Below are positions 23,925-32,000 of a stretch of 32,000 nucleotides of DNA, piece after piece. Position 1 is the first letter of the stretch. Each line of letters starts with the position of its first letter. The stretch spans positions 197,532 through 229,531 of the forward strand of contig NZ_JAWZSQ010000003.1 in the NCBI RefSeq assembly GCF_034096925.1, written 5' to 3'. The notes beneath the pieces are model-generated. The model saw only the letters and a list, made by a program, of their open reading frames with translations. It ran no database searches and was not told the DNA's origin. The stretch is from Patulibacter defluvii (GTDB lineage: Bacteria > Actinomycetota > Thermoleophilia > Solirubrobacterales > Solirubrobacteraceae). Made by a program: the position numbers and the translations under genes.

Positions 23925-25618
23925 GCGCCGTGGACGGCGAGCACGACCGCGGCGTGCGGGTGGCGTTCGACGTCGCGGCGCGGATGCGCGACGGCGTGAC
24001 GCTGCGGGCCGACGTCTACCGGCCGGCGGCCGCGGGCCGCTGGCCGACGCTGCTGACGCGAACGCCCTACGACAAGCGTCGCCCGCGCGCCTCGGCGACG
24101 ATCGACCCGGTCGCCGCGGCGCGGGCGGGATTCCTGGTCGTGGTCCAGGACGTCCGCGGGCGTTTCGCCTCCGCGGGCGCGTGGGAACCGCTCCGGCACG
24201 AGCGCGAGGACGGCTTCGACGCGGTCGAGTGGGCGGCGCGACTGCCCGGGTCGAACGGCCGCGTCGGCATGTACGGCGGCAGCTACTGCGGGAGCACGCA
24301 GTGGCAGGCGTCGCTCGCCCGCCCGCCGTCGCTGCGGGCGATCGCACCGTTGCTGACCTGGTGCGATCCGCTCGACGGCCTGGTCGCCCGCGGCGGCGCG
24401 CGCGAGCTCGGCCTCAACGCCTGGTGGGGCCTGGAAACCCACCTGGCGCAACTCGCCCGTCCGCCGCTCCCCAGCGCGGCGCGGCAGCGGCGGAGGGTCG
24501 CGGCGGTGCTCGACGAGATCGACCGCCTGGCGACCGACGGCGTCCGGGAGCTGCCCGTCGAGGGGTTGGGGCCGCTCCGCCGTCACGGTGCCCGCGATCT
24601 GGGCGCCACGCGTCGCGACGCCGAACCGGAGGTCGAGGTCCGTGGTCGGGTGGCGGGCGCGCACCGGCAGGTGGCGGTCCCGGTCCTCAACGTCGGCGGG
24701 TGGCACGACCTCTTCCTCCAGGGGACGCTCGACAACCACGTCGCCACGATCGCCACCGGCGGTCGCTCGCGGCTCGTCGTCGGTCCCTGGGGTCACGGCG
24801 ACTGCGACCTCGGCGCGACCGTCGGCGATCTCTCGTTCGGCGTCCGCGGGAACGGGCTGGGGACGCCGGCCCATCCCGAGGGTGACCTCGACGACCTGCA
24901 GCTGGCCTGGTTCCGTCGCCACCTCGATCCTGCGGCGCGGACCGGCGACGACGACCGGCCGCCGGTCCGGATCTTCACCACCGGCCGCAACGCGTGGCGC
25001 GACGAGCCGGCCTGGCCACTGCCGCGGGCCCGCGTCCGGCGATGGTTCCTCGCGCCCGGCGGCGGGCTCGCGCCGACCCCACCGACGGGACCGGCCGCGG
25101 CGAGCGGCTTCGTCCACGATCCGGCCGACCCCGTGGCGACGGTCGGCGGCGCCATCATGATCGGGGGTGGCTACCGGCGCGGACCGCTCGACCAGGCGCG
25201 GGTCGAGGCGCGCGACGACGTGCTCGTGTTCAGCAGCGCGCCGCTGACGGGGGAGCTCGAGGTCACGGGCCGCGTGCGCGTGGTCCTGCACGCGGAGTCG
25301 AGCGCGCCGACGACCGACTGGGTCGCCCGCCTCTGCGACGTGCACCCGGACGGCCGCTCGTACGGCGTCTGCGACGGGGTCGTGCGGCTCCTCGCGGGCG
25401 CCGATCGCCTGCGCTCGGTCGGGATCGATCTCTGGTCGGCGTCGCACGCCTTCCTCCGGGGCCACCGGCTGCGGCTGCAGGTGGCGAGCAGCAGCTTCCC
25501 GCGCTGGGACCGCAACCTCGGTGCTGGGGACGGCCCCCGCGGCGTCGCGGCCCGCCAGCTCGTGCACCACGACGGGGAGCGTCGGTCGTGGGTCGAACTG
25601 CCCGTCGTGGACGGGTGA
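23921..25618 (+). CDS. CocE/NonD-family (S15, X-Pro dipeptidyl-peptidase-like) serine hydrolase
   Basis: This is the tail of track ORF 23036..25618. The start is a GTGA overlap at 23921-23924. Features are DGVTLRADVYRP, TRTPYDK, the nucleophile elbow GGSYCG, GPW.H and a C-terminal beta-sandwich region. Confidence 0.8.
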   Translation: MSAVDGEHDRGVRVAFDVAARMRDGVTLRADVYRPAAAGRWPTLLTRTPYDKRRPRASATIDPVAAARAGFLVVVQDVRGRFASAGAWEPLRHEREDGFDAVEWAARLPGSNGRVGMYGGSYCGSTQWQASLARPPSLRAIAPLLTWCDPLDGLVARGGARELGLNAWWGLETHLAQLARPPLPSAARQRRRVAAVLDEIDRLATDGVRELPVEGLGPLRRHGARDLGATRRDAEPEVEVRGRVAGAHRQVAVPVLNVGGWHDLFLQGTLDNHVATIATGGRSRLVVGPWGHGDCDLGATVGDLSFGVRGNGLGTPAHPEGDLDDLQLAWFRRHLDPAARTGDDDRPPVRIFTTGRNAWRDEPAWPLPRARVRRWFLAPGGGLAPTPPTGPAAASGFVHDPADPVATVGGAIMIGGGYRRGPLDQARVEARDDVLVFSSAPLTGELEVTGRVRVVLHAESSAPTTDWVARLCDVHPDGRSYGVCDGVVRLLAGADRLRSVGIDLWSASHAFLRGHRLRLQVASSSFPRWDRNLGAGDGPRGVAARQLVHHDGERRSWVELPVVDG

Positions 25619-25639
25619 CGGGCGGCCGATCGATACACC

Positions 25640-25655
25640 GGTTGACCGGTCGACC
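25640..25655. promoter_or_regulatory. Operator palindrome 3 (in front of the ABC transporter operon), overlapping a TTGACC-N17-TAGGGT promoter
   Basis: GGTTGACCGGTCGACC is identical to the site at 16282-16297. TTGACC (25642-25647), N17, TAGGGT (25665-25670), N6, ATG 25677. Confidence 0.6.
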
Positions 25656-25762
25656 AATGTCGGCTAGGGTCTTCCCATGCAAGGAGCAGCACGAGCTTCG
25701 AACCCCGGGCAGCGGCCCGGGCGGCCGACGCGCGACACGGCCGACCGCGACGGCGCCGGACG

Positions 25763-26566
25763 GTGTCCTCGGTGAGTGCCACCGGCGAGCCGGCGCTCGC
25801 GGCGCGCGGGATCACGAAGTCCTACGGGCACGTCCAGGCGCTGCGCGGAGCCGACTTCGAATGCCGCTCGGGCGAGGTCACGGCGCTGATCGGCGACAAC
25901 GGCGCCGGCAAGTCGACGCTGGTGAAGGTGCTCTCCGGTTCGGCGACGCCCGATGGCGGCTCGATCGTCGTCGACGGCGCCGAGTACCAGCCGACGTCGC
26001 CGGGAGCGGCGCACGCGGCCGGGATCGAGACCGTGTACCAGGACCTGGCGCTCGCGCCCGACCTCGGGCCGACCGCGAACCTGTTCCTCGGCCGCGAGCG
26101 GCGCCGCTCCGGCGTCCTCGGGCGGCTGGGGTTCCTCGACGAGCGGGGCATGCGCGAGGAGGCCGCGGAGCAGTTCCGGCGGCTCGGCGTGACCGCGCGG
26201 GCGGACGGCGCCACCGTCCGCGGGCTCTCCGGCGGTCAGCGCCAGGGCGTCGCCGTTGCGCGGGCCGTCGCCTGGGGGCGGCGGATCGTGCTGCTCGACG
26301 AGCCGACCGCGGCGCTCGGCGTGGTCCAGACCCGCAACGTGCTCGACCTCGTGCGGCGGGTGGCGGACACCGGGGTGGCCGTGGTCCTGATCTCGCACAG
26401 CATGCCCGACGTGCTCGCCGTCTCGGACCGGATCGAGGTCCTGCGGCTGGGCCAGCGCGTCGCGCGCTTCGGTCGCGGCGAGGCGACGATCGACGGCCTC
26501 GTGGCCGCGATGACGGGCGGTGGAGCGGCTCCGCTCGGGACCGGCACGAAGGAGGCGGTCTCGTGA
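25763..26566 (+). CDS. Sugar ABC transporter ATP-binding protein (single NBD)
   Basis: Walker A is GDNGAGKSTL, the signature is LSGGQRQ, Walker B is VLLDEPTAAL and the H-loop is ISHS. The start could be GTG 25763 or the in-frame GTG 25772. Confidence 0.9.
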   Translation: MSSVSATGEPALAARGITKSYGHVQALRGADFECRSGEVTALIGDNGAGKSTLVKVLSGSATPDGGSIVVDGAEYQPTSPGAAHAAGIETVYQDLALAPDLGPTANLFLGRERRRSGVLGRLGFLDERGMREEAAEQFRRLGVTARADGATVRGLSGGQRQGVAVARAVAWGRRIVLLDEPTAALGVVQTRNVLDLVRRVADTGVAVVLISHSMPDVLAVSDRIEVLRLGQRVARFGRGEATIDGLVAAMTGGGAAPLGTGTKEAVS

Positions 26567-27612
26567 GCGCCCAGATGACGCCCCCCGTCCCGTCCGCGTC
26601 GACCCCCGGCGGCCCCGGCGCGCCGGGCGAGTCCGACCGACCGGCGGTCCCGTCGCGGACGCGGCGGATCGTCGCGAGCCCGCTGTTCGCCGTCTTCACG
26701 GCCCTCGTCGGCGTGATCGTGGCGTTCTCGGTGATCAACGGCGGCGAGTTCGCCAACGCCGACAACTTCCGCAACATCGGCCTCGACGTCGCGATCACGC
26801 TGGTGCTGGCCGTCGGCATCACCTACGTGATCATCACCGCGGGCTTCGACCTCTCGGTCGGCTCGGTCCTGGTCTTCTCCGGGGTGGTCGCGATGAAGGC
26901 GATGGGCGCGGTCGGCGGCAGCGGCTGGCCGACCGCGCTCGTCGGCCTGGTCGCCGCGCTGGCCGCCGGCGCGGCCTGGGGCGCGGTCAACGGCAGCCTG
27001 GTGGCCTTCGCTCGCCTGAACCCGATCATCGTGACCCTCGGATCGATGGGCGCCGGGCTCGGGCTGTCGCTGGTGGTCGCCAACGGCCAGGACCTGGTCG
27101 ACGTGCCCGCGTCGATGATCAGCCTCGGCAACGAGCGGGTGCTCGGGGTGCCCCCGGTGGCGCTGATCGCGCTGCTCTTCGCGGCGGCCGCCGGGGTGGT
27201 GCTGGCCAAGACCGTCTTCGGGCGCCGCACCTACGCGATCGGCTCGAGCAAGGAGGCCGCCGAGCGGGCCGGGATCCCCGTTCGCCGGCACCTGGTCTCG
27301 ATCTACGTGCTCTCGGGCACCGCCGCCGGGCTCGCCGGCTGGCTCGCCCTCGCGCGGTTCTCGACCACCAGCATCTCGGGCCACTCGCTCGACGCCCTCA
27401 ACGCCGCGACCGCCGCGCTGCTCGGCGGGGCCAGCCTCTACGGCGGCGTCGGCACGATCCTCGGCACGGTGATCGGCGCGTTCATCCCCGTCGTCCTGGC
27501 CAACGGGCTCGTGATCGGCAACGTCCAGTCCTACTGGCAGCAGGTCGTGACCGGCGTCGTGCTGGTGCTCGCGGTCTACCTCGACAGCGAGCGGCGCAAG
27601 CGCAGCGAGTGA
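26563..27612 (+). CDS. Sugar ABC transporter permease (RbsC/BPD_transp_2 type)
   Basis: This is the tail of track ORF 24994..27612. The start is a GTGA overlap at 26563-26566. There are multiple hydrophobic spans, and the patterns FGRRTYAIGSSKEAAERAGI and LLGGASLYGG are typical of CUT2 permeases. Confidence 0.9.
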   Translation: MSAQMTPPVPSASTPGGPGAPGESDRPAVPSRTRRIVASPLFAVFTALVGVIVAFSVINGGEFANADNFRNIGLDVAITLVLAVGITYVIITAGFDLSVGSVLVFSGVVAMKAMGAVGGSGWPTALVGLVAALAAGAAWGAVNGSLVAFARLNPIIVTLGSMGAGLGLSLVVANGQDLVDVPASMISLGNERVLGVPPVALIALLFAAAAGVVLAKTVFGRRTYAIGSSKEAAERAGIPVRRHLVSIYVLSGTAAGLAGWLALARFSTTSISGHSLDALNAATAALLGGASLYGGVGTILGTVIGAFIPVVLANGLVIGNVQSYWQQVVTGVVLVLAVYLDSERRKRSE

Positions 27613-27674
27613 CCGGCCGACGGTCCACCCCCGCCATCGACGTTCAGCAACCCATCACCAACAAGGAGCACGAC

Positions 27675-28718
27675 GTGGGCAACCAAGCCTGGCCATGCGG
27701 CGACGGACGTCGACGGCGGAAGCCGTCCGGCCGCGCGACCGCGACGGTCCTCTCGATCGCGGCCGCGCTGACGCTGGCCGCTTGCGGCTCGGACGACGGG
27801 GCCGGCAGCGGCACCGGTGGAGGCGGCGCGCTCTCCGGCAAGAAGCTCGCGATCGTGATGCCGGAGTCCGTCCCCGGCTACTCCAAGCAGATCGGCTGCG
27901 GCGCCTTCGACGAGGGCCGGAAGCTCGGCTTCGACGTCAGCCCGCCGCAGGGTCCGAGCAAGTCGCAGGACGCCGCCGAGCAGGCGCAGGTGCTGCAGTC
28001 GGCGCTGGCCCGCAACCCCGACGGGCTGATCTACAGCGCGGTCGACCCGAAAGCCGGCTCGGTCGCGATCAAGCCGGCGGTGGCCCAGGGGCTGCCGGTC
28101 GTCACCGCCGACGTCCCGCTGGCGGACGCGTCGCTGTCGATCTCGTTCATCAGCTCCGACCACGAGGCCGGCGGCAAGCTCGGCGGCGAGCTGCTGGCGA
28201 AGCAGATCGGCGAGCGCGGGCAGGTCGTCGCGATCGGCGTCATCCCCAGCCACCCGATCACGCGCGGACGGATCGCGGGCTTCCGCGCGGCGATGGCCGA
28301 GTTCCCGGGCATCGACGTGGTCGGGATCAAGTACCCGGACCTCGACGTCAACAAGATCGCGGCCGAGGCGGCGGCGTTGCTCAACCGCTACCCCGACCTG
28401 AAGGGCATCTACACCAGCAACGACCTGGTCGCCTCGGGCGTCGCGACCGCCCTGCGCCAGACGCAGAAGGTCGGCAAGGTCAAGGTCATCACCTGGGACC
28501 TGCAGCCGGTCGGGATCAAGCTGCTGCGTGAGGGGTCGGTCACCGGTTCCGTCGTTCAGCGTCCGCGCGAGGAGGGCCGGATGGCCGTGCGGCAGATCGC
28601 CAACGAGCTGACCGGGAAGCCGGTGACGAAGACCCTCACCCCGCCGATCAGCACCGTCAGCAACGACCAGATCGACAGCCCGAAGACCAAGGCCCTCTAC
28701 TACAGCAACCCCTGCTGA
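27675..28718 (+). CDS. Periplasmic-type sugar-binding lipoprotein (RbsB-like, CUT2 SBP)
   Basis: The GTG lies 6 nt after AAGGAG (27663-27668). The lipobox is LTLAACGS. The body (KKLAIVMPES..., ISSDHEAGGKLGGELL, GKVKVITWD) is type I periplasmic binding protein-like. Confidence 0.85.
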   Translation: MGNQAWPCGDGRRRRKPSGRATATVLSIAAALTLAACGSDDGAGSGTGGGGALSGKKLAIVMPESVPGYSKQIGCGAFDEGRKLGFDVSPPQGPSKSQDAAEQAQVLQSALARNPDGLIYSAVDPKAGSVAIKPAVAQGLPVVTADVPLADASLSISFISSDHEAGGKLGGELLAKQIGERGQVVAIGVIPSHPITRGRIAGFRAAMAEFPGIDVVGIKYPDLDVNKIAAEAAALLNRYPDLKGIYTSNDLVASGVATALRQTQKVGKVKVITWDLQPVGIKLLREGSVTGSVVQRPREEGRMAVRQIANELTGKPVTKTLTPPISTVSNDQIDSPKTKALYYSNPC

Positions 28719-28732
28719 GGCCCCGACCTGGT

Positions 28733-28764
28733 GCGCGGCCCGCCCGGATCCGGACGGGCCGCGC
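28733..28764 (+). terminator. Strong stem-loop after the SBP gene (attenuator or mRNA stabiliser)
   Basis: GCGCGGCCCG (28733-28742) and CGGGCCGCGC (28755-28764) form a perfect 10-bp stem. The loop contains the palindrome CCGGATCCGG. There is no U-tract. It lies 14 nt after the stop and 30 nt before the next ATG. Confidence 0.45.
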
Positions 28765-28794
28765 GGCACCGAGCCGACGACCGCGAGACGCACG

Positions 28795-29868
28795 ATGACC
28801 CACCCGAAGTACGACGGCCCCGTGATCGACGGGCACTGCCACTACGACGCCACGACGATCGAGCACGCCGACGCGGTCGCGGTCCGCGCGGGGCTGCGCG
28901 CGGCCGTCAGCTTCTGGGACACCAACTGGCCGCCGCCCGGATTCGCCGCCGAGGGCGTCGCCTGGGGGGATCGCGCCGAGACGGTGGTGCGGTGCGTGAT
29001 GCCTGACCTGACCGACGTCGGGACGGCGGAGTTCGAAGCCCGCAGCGAGCGAGCGATCCGCGAGGCCGCACGGCTCGGCGCCGCCGGGGTGAAGATGTGG
29101 AAGAACCTCGGACTCTGGCTGACCGACGCCGACGGCCACCGCTTCGGGGTCGACGACCCGCGGCTCGACGTGATCTGGCGGACGGCCGCCGAGCTCGGGC
29201 TCCCGATCGTGATCCACCAGGGCGACTCGCCGTGGTTCTTCGCCCCGCTCGACGAGCGCAACCCGCGTCGCGACGAGCTGCGGGACCACCCCGAGTGGTG
29301 GTACGGCGGCGGCGACCACCCGCCGCTGGAGCGGATCCACGAGCAGCTCGAGGCGACCGTCGCCCGCCATCCGGAGACGACCTTCGTCGGCCTCCACTTC
29401 GGCTGCTTCATGACCTGGCCCGAGGTCGACCGGATGCTGGCGACGTACCCCAACTACCGCGTCGACACCGCGACGACGATCGCCGACATGGGCCGCGACG
29501 ACGCCTGGGAGCAGGTGCGCGCGATCATCGTCCGCCACGCCGATCGCGTGCTCTTCGGCACCGACCTGATCCGCACCGCCCATCAGGACCTGCCCGGCCC
29601 CGATGGCAACTGGCGGATCGAGGCGCTCGACCCGGACGATCCGTCGCGGTGGCAGGTCGACGCCTGGTTCCAGCGCCACTGGGACTTCTTCGAGACCGGC
29701 GAACCGCGGCTGCAGCACCCGATCCCCGACGCCGGCGGCTGGACGGTGCACGGCCTCGACCTGCCGCTCGCGGTGCTGCGCCAGCTCTACTGGGAGAACG
29801 CCGTCCGCACCTTCCGGCTGCCCGCGCGCCTGATCGCCCCGTCCACGCCGTCCCGACCGGAGGCCTAG
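28795..29868 (+). CDS. Amidohydrolase_2-type metal-dependent TIM-barrel hydrolase/decarboxylase
   Basis: VIDGHCH (HxH), PIVIHQGD, GLHFG and LFGTD match the metal-ligand order of the ACMSD/amidohydrolase-2 fold. Confidence 0.75.
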   Translation: MTHPKYDGPVIDGHCHYDATTIEHADAVAVRAGLRAAVSFWDTNWPPPGFAAEGVAWGDRAETVVRCVMPDLTDVGTAEFEARSERAIREAARLGAAGVKMWKNLGLWLTDADGHRFGVDDPRLDVIWRTAAELGLPIVIHQGDSPWFFAPLDERNPRRDELRDHPEWWYGGGDHPPLERIHEQLEATVARHPETTFVGLHFGCFMTWPEVDRMLATYPNYRVDTATTIADMGRDDAWEQVRAIIVRHADRVLFGTDLIRTAHQDLPGPDGNWRIEALDPDDPSRWQVDAWFQRHWDFFETGEPRLQHPIPDAGGWTVHGLDLPLAVLRQLYWENAVRTFRLPARLIAPSTPSRPEA

Positions 29869-31044
29869 GTGCCCGCGGTCGAACGCATCGGCGTCGGGCA
29901 GATGGGGGCGGGCTTCATCGGCCAGGTCCACTCGCTCGCCTACCGGGGAGCCGCGGCCGCACGCCGGAGGGTCGGCGCGGACGTCGACCTGGTCGTGCTC
30001 GCCGACCGCGACCTGGCGCTCGCGCGGGAGGTTGCGGACCGCTACGGCTGGAGAGCGGTGGTCGACGACTGGCGGGCCATCGTCGATGACGATCGCGTGC
30101 AGCTGGTCGACGTGGCCGGGCCGAACCACGTGCACGTCGAGCCCTGCCTGGCCGCTGCGCGGGCCGGGAAGCACCTCCTCTGCGAGAAGCCGCTGGCTCC
30201 GACCGCCGCCCAGGCGCTGGAGCTGTGGCGGGCCGTCGAGGCGGCCCGAGTCCTGCATCAGTGCGCGTTCATGTACCGGTTCATCCCGGCGGTCCAGCAC
30301 GCGCGCGACCTGGTCCGCTCGGGTGAGCTGGGAGAGGTCCTCCACGTGCGGGCGCAGTTCCTGCTGTCGTTCGCGCTCGACCCGCGGGTCGAGATGTCGT
30401 GGCGGTTCGATCGCGCCGTCGCCGGTGCCGGAGCGCTCGGCGACCTCGGTTCGCACCACGTCGACGTGGCCCGCTTCGTGCTCGGGGAGGAGGTCGCGGC
30501 CGTGACCGGGCGCGTGTCCACCTCGATCGACGAGCGTCCCGGCGGACGGGTGACCAACGACGACGCCTTCGCCGCGATCGTCGAGCTGGAGGGCGGCGCG
30601 ACCGCGGTCCTCGAGGGCTCGCGGGTGGCCGGCAACCACGGGCTCACCAGCCGCGTCGAGATCGACGGCACCCGTGGCTCGCTCCGCTTCGACTTCGAGC
30701 GGCTCAACGAGCTGACGGTCTCGCTGCGCGGCCAGCCGGGGGCGCGGACGTACCTCGTCAGCCAGGCCGAGCATCCGTACAGCGACTTCTGGCTGCCGGT
30801 CGGGATCCAGGGCCAGCACCCGATCGGCTGGGCCGACTGCTTCGCGCACCAGGCGCACGCGATGGTGACCGCGATCGCGGCCGGGACGGCGCTCCCGGAC
30901 GGCGTTCCCACGTTCCGCGACGGCTACCGCGTGGCCCAGGTGGTCGAGACGATCGAGCGGGCCGCGGCCGAGCGGACCTGGCTGCCGGTCGCGTACGAGG
31001 ACGCGACGCCGGCCGCGGTCGCCCCGGTGCCGGCCGGGGCCTGA
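29869..31044 (+). CDS. Gfo/Idh/MocA-family NAD(P)-dependent oxidoreductase
   Basis: IGVGQMGAGFIGQVH is a Rossmann motif and LLCEKPLA is the EKP motif. The GTG follows the upstream TAG directly. Confidence 0.85.
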   Translation: MPAVERIGVGQMGAGFIGQVHSLAYRGAAAARRRVGADVDLVVLADRDLALAREVADRYGWRAVVDDWRAIVDDDRVQLVDVAGPNHVHVEPCLAAARAGKHLLCEKPLAPTAAQALELWRAVEAARVLHQCAFMYRFIPAVQHARDLVRSGELGEVLHVRAQFLLSFALDPRVEMSWRFDRAVAGAGALGDLGSHHVDVARFVLGEEVAAVTGRVSTSIDERPGGRVTNDDAFAAIVELEGGATAVLEGSRVAGNHGLTSRVEIDGTRGSLRFDFERLNELTVSLRGQPGARTYLVSQAEHPYSDFWLPVGIQGQHPIGWADCFAHQAHAMVTAIAAGTALPDGVPTFRDGYRVAQVVETIERAAAERTWLPVAYEDATPAAVAPVPAGA

Positions 31045-31050
31045 CGCCCG

Positions 31051-31086
31051 GGCCCCGGCCGGCTGGCTGGCTCAACGGCCGGGGCC
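31051..31086. terminator. GC hairpin between convergent genes
   Basis: GGCCCCGGCC (31051-31060) and GGCCGGGGCC (31077-31086) form a perfect 10-bp stem with a 16-nt loop. A third complementary arm at 31032-31041 allows alternative pairing. The right arm lies inside the 3' end of the minus-strand gene. Confidence 0.3.
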
Positions 31087-32000
31087 GTCGGCCTCGGCCG
31101 GTCGCGGAACGGCGCGCCAGCCGCGGGTCGCGGCGGCGTCGAGGATCGCGTCGGTCGCCTCGGCGACGTGCAGGGCGTCGCCGAACGTCGGGTAGCGGGC
31201 GTGCTCCCCGGCGACGAGCATCAGCAGCTGTCGCGCCTGGACCGCGAAGAGGTCGTCGAGGGCGTAGCCGAGCCCGTCGAGCGGGGCGATCGGGAACGGT
31301 GACGTGCGGGGTCCCATCGGGATCTGGTGGACGCCACCGGCGACGCGGTGGACGGCGACGACGTCCCGCGTCCGCCACCCGATCGTCAGGCCGCCGTGCT
31401 CGCAGTCGGCCTCGATCACCAGGTCCATCGCCCGGCCACGTGCCTCGCGGTCGACCTCGAGCACGCCGGTGGAGCCGCTGGCGAACTCCAGCAGCACCGC
31501 GGCCCGCCCGTCGATCTCGGGGTCGGCCGCCGTGGGCCGGGTGGTGGCGGCGACCGCGTCGACCGGCCCGGCGAGCACCACCAGCGCGTCGAGGACGTGC
31601 GAGCCGAGGCCGCGCAGGCTGCTCTCCAGCAACGTCTCCGAGTCCAGCAGGTAGCGCGCGCGGACGTTCCGCAGCGGGCCCAGCTCGCCGGCGGCGATCG
31701 TCCGCCGTGCGTGCTCCAACGCGGGCCAGCAACGCAGCACGAAGCCGACGAACTGGACGCCGTCGTGGCGATCGGCCGCCGCGGCCATCGCCCGCGCGTC
31801 GGCGGCCGACCCGGCGAGCGGCTTCTCGCAGAAGACGTGCTTGCCGTGGGCGAAGGCGTCCTCGGCGACCTCGCGGTGCGCGGCGTCCGGGGTGCAGATC
31901 GCCACCACGTCGATCTCCGGATCGCGCGTCACGGCTCGCCAGTCGGTCGTCGTCGAGCGCCACCCGAAGCGCGCGGCCAGCTCCGCGGCCGTCGCCCGAT
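31072..32000 (-). CDS. Gfo/Idh/MocA-family oxidoreductase, 5' end beyond the window
   Basis: The track starts it at an internal GTG (31932). The same frame stays open to 32000 and reads ...RATAAELAARFGWRSTTTDWRAVTRDPEIDVVAICTPDAAH...FCEKPLA, which is the usual family N-terminal domain. Confidence 0.8.
   Translation of the reverse strand, partial: RATAAELAARFGWRSTTTDWRAVTRDPEIDVVAICTPDAAHREVAEDAFAHGKHVFCEKPLAGSAADARAMAAAADRHDGVQFVGFVLRCWPALEHARRTIAAGELGPLRNVRARYLLDSETLLESSLRGLGSHVLDALVVLAGPVDAVAATTRPTAADPEIDGRAAVLLEFASGSTGVLEVDREARGRAMDLVIEADCEHGGLTIGWRTRDVVAVHRVAGGVHQIPMGPRTSPFPIAPLDGLGYALDDLFAVQARQLLMLVAGEHARYPTFGDALHVAEATDAILDAAATRGWRAVPRPAEADGPGR

Noticed and set aside
1-32000. Mobile elements, CRISPR arrays, tRNA/rRNA genes and long direct or inverted repeats flanking the van island
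   Set aside because: I scanned by eye for transposase or integrase-like translations, regularly spaced repeats, and tRNA-like segments in the intergenic gaps, and found none. The van island has no recognisable flanking repeats or composition shift. I cannot claim horizontal acquisition from this window alone.

Overview
Very GC-rich, actinobacterial-type chromosomal DNA: codon position 3 is almost always G/C, and long Arg/Pro/Gly-rich shadow ORFs appear in the wrong frames. I support about 30 protein genes. I saw no rRNA, tRNA, CRISPR array, transposase or integrase. Left third (1-9820): a truncated secreted beta-propeller gene, an OYE/2,4-dienoyl-CoA-reductase-like flavoprotein, a 980-aa secreted Cys-rich protein of unknown function built from repeated modules, an enolase-superfamily-like gene, a SnoaL-like gene divergent from a LysR regulator, and a lipoprotein translationally coupled to a small matrixin-like Zn protease. 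Middle (9843-15423): a glycopeptide-resistance island of vanH, a vanA-type D-Ala-D-Lac ligase, vanX and a murF paralogue, followed by a PhyH-family Fe/2OG dioxygenase coupled to vanY. Both sub-operons are preceded by the same ~66-nt DNA module, which contains the start codon. No vanRS is visible. Right half (15460-32000): a FadR-type GntR regulator and a tightly overlapping catabolic gene train (DegT aminotransferase, P450, M24 hydrolase, DUF1537 acid-sugar kinase, class II aldolase, HpcH aldolase, SDR, CocE/NonD hydrolase). These are followed by a CUT2-type sugar ABC transporter, an amidohydrolase and two Gfo/Idh/MocA oxidoreductases. A near-perfect 16-bp palindrome (GGT[C/T]GACCGGTCGACC) occurs three times, in front of gntR, the aminotransferase operon and the transporter operon, which defines a likely regulon. 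Several promoters show TANNNT exactly 6 nt before a start codon, which suggests leaderless mRNAs. All functional calls rest on motif recognition by eye. No database search was possible.
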